Positions 58,804 through 64,000 of a DNA stretch of 64,000 nucleotides are shown piece after piece. The DNA is from Cyanophora paradoxa CCMP329. Lineage: Eukaryota; Plantae; Glaucophyta. The notes beneath the pieces are model-generated. The model did no database searches and had not been told where the DNA came from. It saw only the letters and a list, made by a program, of their open reading frames with translations. Numbering within the stretch: position 1 is the first letter of the stretch; every line of letters begins with the position of its first letter. Both the position numbers and the translations under genes were made by a program. The stretch covers positions 124,001-188,000 of the forward strand of contig QPMI01000651.1 in NCBI GenBank assembly GCA_004431415.1. Reading direction: 5' to 3'.

Positions 58804-60189
58804 ATGCCAGCAACTGGAAGAATAGTAAGGAGAACCACTGAGCAACTACAAGGTAACCTACTGCCTATCACAGTTCCCAAGGAGGAAAAGGGAGAATCTC
58901 GAATTGTAAAAAAGTCAGAGATGAAAGAGCTTGTCCCAGTAGAGATCCCAGTTGCTATTGCAGTGAAAGAAACCAGCAAGATTGCCAAGAGATTCTATGA
59001 TGTGAGAACTGGTTACAAAGGGCTTCAAGCTATGAGGGCTGAGTTACCTGATGAATCCTATAAGCAGTTGCAAGAGTTCTATAAAAAACAAGAAGTTGTT
59101 CAGATCAATGCACCTGCTATATCTAGGAAGAGAGATCCCATGGTCCCAATTAGGCAACCCCTTGATACCTATGTGATTGATTTGCTCTTTTTCCCAGCTT
59201 ATAAGAAACAAAACAATGGCTATGATACCTTTATGACTGCAATGGAATCTACACTGAGAACTGGGTATATCATACCTATAAGGGATAAATCAGCTCTCAC
59301 TACATTAGCTGCATTTAAACAGCTTGAAATGAGAGTGGCAAGACCCATAGTAAAAGTTCAATCAGATGCTGGGAGTGAATTCCAAAATCGAATATTCCAG
59401 GAGTATTTATCTAGTAAATTCATAGAACACCAAGTGAGTGGAACTGCTGACCATAGAAGCCAAGGTCGAATTGAAGCCTTTAACAAGCAGATTAAGAGAC
59501 TGATCACAAACTATTGCATAGCTAATAACACAGCTAGATTCTTTGATGTGTTAGGTGATATTGAGTATAATTACAATAATACAGTTCACTCAGCTACTAA
59601 GATGAAGCCAGGTGAAACTACAGAGGAGCATTATAGGTATATAGTAGGATTAGAAGATGAAAGATTCAAGAAATCAATAGCTTATCTTGATACCATGCAG
59701 CCTGGCATGTTTGTTAGAGTGAAAGTGGAGAAGAATCCCTTTGCTAAACAGGGTAACAATTGGTCTAGGATGGTTTACACTGTTGATAGTAGAGAAGGCT
59801 TTAAGTTTAAGCTAAAGAGTCCCACTGGAGAGATCATAGATAACAGGTTTGCTTTCCATGAGCTGTTGCCTGTGAATGCAGTTGAGTATCTGGAAACCCC
59901 TACAGTGGATGCCTTAGAGCAAGCTAAAGAGGAAGCTAGGGTTGATGCTGCTATAAGAAGAGAGGGTATAGAAGCTTCTAATGAAGTCCCAGATAAGCCT
60001 TTGATAGAGGCTAGAAAGGAGAAGGCTGGCAAAGTTAACAGGGAACTCAAAAAGCTCACTATAGCAGGAACACAGAAACTTTCAGAAGTGAATAGCCAGA
60101 GATGGTATAATGACTTTCAGACTACTAAGGAGTCATATACAGCCCCTAAACCTCAAAGAACACTAAGAGAAAGGACCAAAACTAGCTAG
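58804..60189 (+). CDS. rve integrase, element B (intact, 461 aa)
   Basis: YVIDL, QSDAGSEF, GRIEAFNK, YNNTVHS. SH3-like G..VRV...W...Y.V segment. Confidence 0.93.
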   Translation: MPATGRIVRRTTEQLQGNLLPITVPKEEKGESRIVKKSEMKELVPVEIPVAIAVKETSKIAKRFYDVRTGYKGLQAMRAELPDESYKQLQEFYKKQEVVQINAPAISRKRDPMVPIRQPLDTYVIDLLFFPAYKKQNNGYDTFMTAMESTLRTGYIIPIRDKSALTTLAAFKQLEMRVARPIVKVQSDAGSEFQNRIFQEYLSSKFIEHQVSGTADHRSQGRIEAFNKQIKRLITNYCIANNTARFFDVLGDIEYNYNNTVHSATKMKPGETTEEHYRYIVGLEDERFKKSIAYLDTMQPGMFVRVKVEKNPFAKQGNNWSRMVYTVDSREGFKFKLKSPTGEIIDNRFAFHELLPVNAVEYLETPTVDALEQAKEEARVDAAIRREGIEASNEVPDKPLIEARKEKAGKVNRELKKLTIAGTQKLSEVNSQRWYNDFQTTKESYTAPKPQRTLRERTKTS

Positions 60190-60678
60190 TTTGCTAGGCG
60201 AAAACTCGTTTTTTCCAAATATATGTATGACTGATATACATATATGCATATGATATACACATTGTCTTGTAGATCTTTTCAAGCGCTTCACAGCGATATG
60301 CAGAACGTTGCGATTTGATAATCTGGTGATGAGATACAAGCGTTTGAAGATGCCGATTATCGATTTTTCGAGATTTCGGAATGATGCATCATAATGATGT
60401 AATAATGATGTATCATAAACACATAACATATATATATCGCCGTGATCGTCATGATCTCCCGAGTTCGATGGTGTGTCATATATATCATATACATATGCAT
60501 CGTCATTATGACATCATTTCGTAACATAACACGTCCGTCATCGTCTTTTTTCCGCAGCGAACAGATAAGTGAACAGTTAACGAGACAACTATTGTAATAG
60601 TGTACTGCAACAACAATTGAAAACAAGATATGCGGGAAAGCTATTGAAAGACAATGAAGCAAATTGCGAACAATTAAG

Positions 60679-60757
60679 TGAACAGTTAAGTGGACACCTG
60701 TTGGGAGTAGGCAGTGTCTACTCGTTTATCGTGAAACGGTGTCCACTTAACTGTTCA
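60679..60757. repeat. Perfect 20-bp inverted repeat with 39-bp spacer
   Basis: TGAACAGTTAAGTGGACACC at 60679-60698 and GGTGTCCACTTAACTGTTCA at 60738-60757. Confidence 0.85.
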
Positions 60758-60942
60758 TTTAACTGTTGACGAAAACCCATGCATTATGACATCATATCAT
60801 TAAACCACATACAAAACACTAAAATGCATGTATCTCTTCACCAACTCATCATGTGACAAAACCAAAAACAGATTCGGAATCCTCTTAACGAGGCCTGCCT
60901 GACGATGTAAGTATCATAGGCTCAATAATTCATATGTTTATA

Positions 60943-62015
60943 AGCATCTCCCCAAGATTCCCCCTATTATATAATATTTATATTAAAGTGGACTCAAGGT
61001 TGACTCATATTAATCGTAAAAGTAGTAATAGTATATGGATTTTGTTACGAATTCAATGCAAGGGTTGACTAAGTGGGTTGAGTTGACTCAAATTTCACAG
61101 GAAATAACAATGAATCAGAGTATAAAATGCATTTTTTGAATCAACTACACCAACTAACACTGAGATTTTCACAATATAAGAGGTCCTTACTGAATATGGT
61201 ATGTGTCACAGGTGTCACAGGTTTATCCCAAAGTTTCTCCTATAAAGAGTGAATTTTCAAAAGTTTGGGATGGACCTGTGACACCTGTGACACTCGATTA
61301 AATCATTTATTCATTTAATTAGAAATACATAGATAAGATTATTACTGAGTTTTTCATTATAAAAGAGATCCTTACTAAATATGGTATGTGTCACAGGTGT
61401 CACAGGTTTATCCCAAAGTTTCTCCTATAAAGAATGAATTTTCAAAAGTTTGGGATGGACCTGTGACACCTGTGACACCCAATTATTTCAAAAAACCTAA
61501 GGGTCCCCCCTTAGACTCAACAAAACAATGATAAAATCATATAAGTTTCATGTATAATTACGATTGAATTCAATAAGAGATCGATTTGTTAATATAAACA
61601 AATGAATCTTTTATGGATCTTAATCGAGTTTAGCGATATGTTTCCGATTAAATGAATAAAATTTAATTAAATTTAATCGAGAAAGTACATGAATATAATA
61701 TCGATTAAATCAATTAACTTTTAGACCAATCACACATAGTAAAATGCGGAGTTTTAACCAGAGGCAAGATCTAATTGAGATTCAGTTATATTATTCGGAA
61801 ACATATACAGATTATCGATTCACTCAGTAAGACTAATCGGAAAATAAGAGAAATTTACGATAAAATATCGAAAAGAATACAAAATAATCGAAATAAATGA
61901 ATATTCGATAAGATATACACAGATTATCGATTGATTGAAATAGAATATACGAGATATATCAACAAAATCAATTAAGATTAAGCCGAGGGTTAAAACTCCG
62001 CATTTTACTATGTGT
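60943..62015 (-). repeat. Right TIR of element B (terminal cassette 61732-62015)
   Basis: Reverse complement of 34109-35181. Confidence 0.95.
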
Positions 62016-62469
62016 TATGTTTGTGAGAGTGAGAATAGAAAAGAACCCATTCGCTAAACAAGGTGTCAATTGGTCGCGAATCGTCTATACTGTCGAAGGG
62101 AGAGAGGGTTTCAAGTTCAGGTTGCGAAATCCGAACGGCGAAATGGTCGAAGGGAGATTCGCTTTCCACGAACTGTTACCTATCAAAGGTGTTGAGTATC
62201 ACGAAGCGCCCACAGTGGATGCACTTGAACAAGCGAAAGAAGAAGCCCGGGTCGATTCGGCAATTCGCAAGGAAGGCATCGAAAAAGCGGATGACGTCCC
62301 AGAAGAACCGTTAACACAAGCCAGAACCAAGAAGAAAGGTAAGGCGGAACGTGAATTAAAGAAGTTAACCATAGCAGGAACCCAGAAACTATCAGAAGTC
62401 AACAGTCAGAGATGGTATACAGACTTTCAGACCTCAAAAGAGACATATTCAGCCCACAAACCCGGGTAA
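62016..62469 (+). pseudogene. 3' remainder of the element A integrase
   Basis: MFVRVRIEKNPFAKQG... continues the frame broken at 34108 and matches the B integrase C-terminus. Confidence 0.93.
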
Positions 62470-62607
62470 ATCTAAGATCCAGTTCGCGAAAGTAGCATAG
62501 ATGTGTAGAGGATGCAAAGAGGATTCCGGCGATGGTCGCGGTTTCGAAAATGGATGAGTTGGTGAAGAGTTACAGCAGTGTGTATGAATTTCTTGGAATT
62601 TTGGGTT

Positions 62608-62845
62608 CAGTTATCATATCATACCTCTCCCCCGGTTATCATATCATATCATATCATACTTTCCCCCCCAGTTATCATACTTCTCCCCCCAGTTATCATA
62701 CTTCTCCCCCCAGTTATCATACTTCCCCCCAGTTATCATAATTAATCCCCCAGTTATCATAATTCATCCCCCAGTTATCATATCATACTTCTCCCCCCAG
62801 TTATCATACTTCATCCCCCAGTTATCATATCACACTTCTTCCCCA
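62608..62845. repeat. ~20-bp minisatellite CCCCCAGTTATCATACTTCT
   Basis: About ten imperfect copies, followed by two TGACGTCACGACATATATAC copies at 62847 and 62881. Confidence 0.9.
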
Positions 62846-63025
62846 ATGACGTCACGACATATATACCGCATATATACACGTGACGTCACGACATATATAC
62901 ACTATATATACCAAAACCTCCGTAATGCCGGTTGACCAAGAAAAAAATGTTTGGAAAAAATGTATATATACGTATACATATACATATATATAATCAAAAA
63001 AATCGGAAAAAATTCCCTCTCTTTT

Positions 63026-64000
63026 CTATCGTATAAATGCGCCCGTCACATCGACTCTCATGGTCGGGCATTTATATATACCAGCGGATATATTCGTATA
63101 TATCTTGTTCTCAGTGGGAAACCTATATAGAAAACATCGTTTATTGCAAGCGGAAAGCCCCCGTTATATGATACATCCCCAGAATTATGTGCATTATTTA
63201 TATTCTCACATACAAACATTCTATTCACACCTTCATACTTGATATATGACCATGAAACCCCATCTTGCGATGTTGCAACATTGAAAGTCTTAATAAACGC
63301 AGTTGTTATACCTGACCCATAAGCAATTATCGAAGCGATCTCATATGTATATGGGAATGCTATTTGCAGATATTCTGTTGGCGTTTCCCATACTCCGTTA
63401 ATTGCGGATGCATTCGCTTCCCATCCAGTTAATGATGGGCGGGCTTTAAATGCCTCCTTTCCAAATTTCGCAGACGAAGCGGTAAACGCATTATCAGGTA
63501 GAAGATACCAATTAGCATCAATGGGAGGTATGTTATTAAGAGTGGATGATACATACGATCGGACAGGGTTCTTAATCTCATAGTTTGTTACCAGCAAATC
63601 ACAGAGTCTATTAATCATATTGTCGTTTGCTTCTATATACGATTCGGTCGCAGCTATCATTTCAGGAATCTTAGAGGTATCATCAAGGGAGTTCAATATA
63701 TCTTTCGGAAGCGGCACAGAGAGTCTATAATATCTTGCATATCCTTGGTCATCGTTATATGGTAGAAACTCATGCATCTTTTCAAGAGCAGACAGTTCAC
63801 TTGCAGCCATAAGCATATTGATTAATGGACTTCCAGAGGTCGAAGCAATCCATGAGAGAATACCCCAGGTATTCACGTTCTCATAAGGATAACCGACGGT
63901 TGATGCATCGGTTTCGTTAACCTCACCACAAGAGATGCTAATAACTATAATGTCGTCGTCGTTATCATATATCTTTTTCGCGTGACTGTAACCACAAACG
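63026..64000 (-). CDS. Patatin-discoidin fusion of element A, 3' part (frameshifts at both ends of ORF 63058-63876)
   Basis: Highly similar to the C-terminal 60% of 44162-45718. Confidence 0.87.

Larger units (their letters stand above)
34109..62015. mobile_element. Complete endogenous Polinton-like virus, element B (27,907 bp)
   Basis: 1073-bp TIRs. 6-bp TSD TATGTT at 34103-34108 and 62016-62021. Full replication, integration and capsid gene set. Confidence 0.96.
19184..64000. mobile_element. Endogenous Polinton-like virus, element A (left end at 19184; right end beyond the window; contains nested element B)
   Basis: GC-to-AT switch. Terminus ACACATAG homologous to the element B termini. 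MCP, pentons, ATPase, primase-helicase, pPolB and integrase genes. Confidence 0.93.

Overview
Eukaryotic (protist/alga-like; host not identifiable) genomic DNA with a sharp compositional break at 19184. Bases 1-19183 are GC-rich host DNA. They contain a ~10.5 kb minus-strand non-LTR retrotransposon (ORF1; ORF2 = AP endonuclease + RT + RNase H + CCHC finger, split by frameshifts), several small DNA-transposon derivatives (hAT-like and TA-flanked MITEs), and the first four exons of a spliced signal-peptide gene. From 19184 to the end lies an AT-rich endogenous Polinton-like/Maverick-like virus (element A, right end outside the window). A second, complete, related virus (element B, 34109-62015, 27.9 kb, 1073-bp TIRs, 6-bp TSD TATGTT) is inserted in the rve-integrase gene of A. 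Both encode a double-jelly-roll MCP with NCLDV-like motifs, two head-to-head penton-like genes, a packaging ATPase, a Prim-Pol/D5 primase-helicase, a pPolB with an apparently lost proofreading domain, an rve integrase and a patatin-discoidin fusion. B also shows a very long phage-type tail-fibre gene with an S74 chaperone and an S-adenosylmethionine decarboxylase. The most unusual structure is in cis. (i) Each terminus is a ~290-bp cassette bounded by its own 28-bp inverted repeat, which co-varies between A and B. (ii) Element-specific 9-bp iteron palindromes occur near the termini and again just behind the primase-helicase stop codon. (iii) B genes are almost CpG-free except in TCG/CGA context, whereas A genes are not. 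All protein calls come from motif recognition by eye; no database searches were run.
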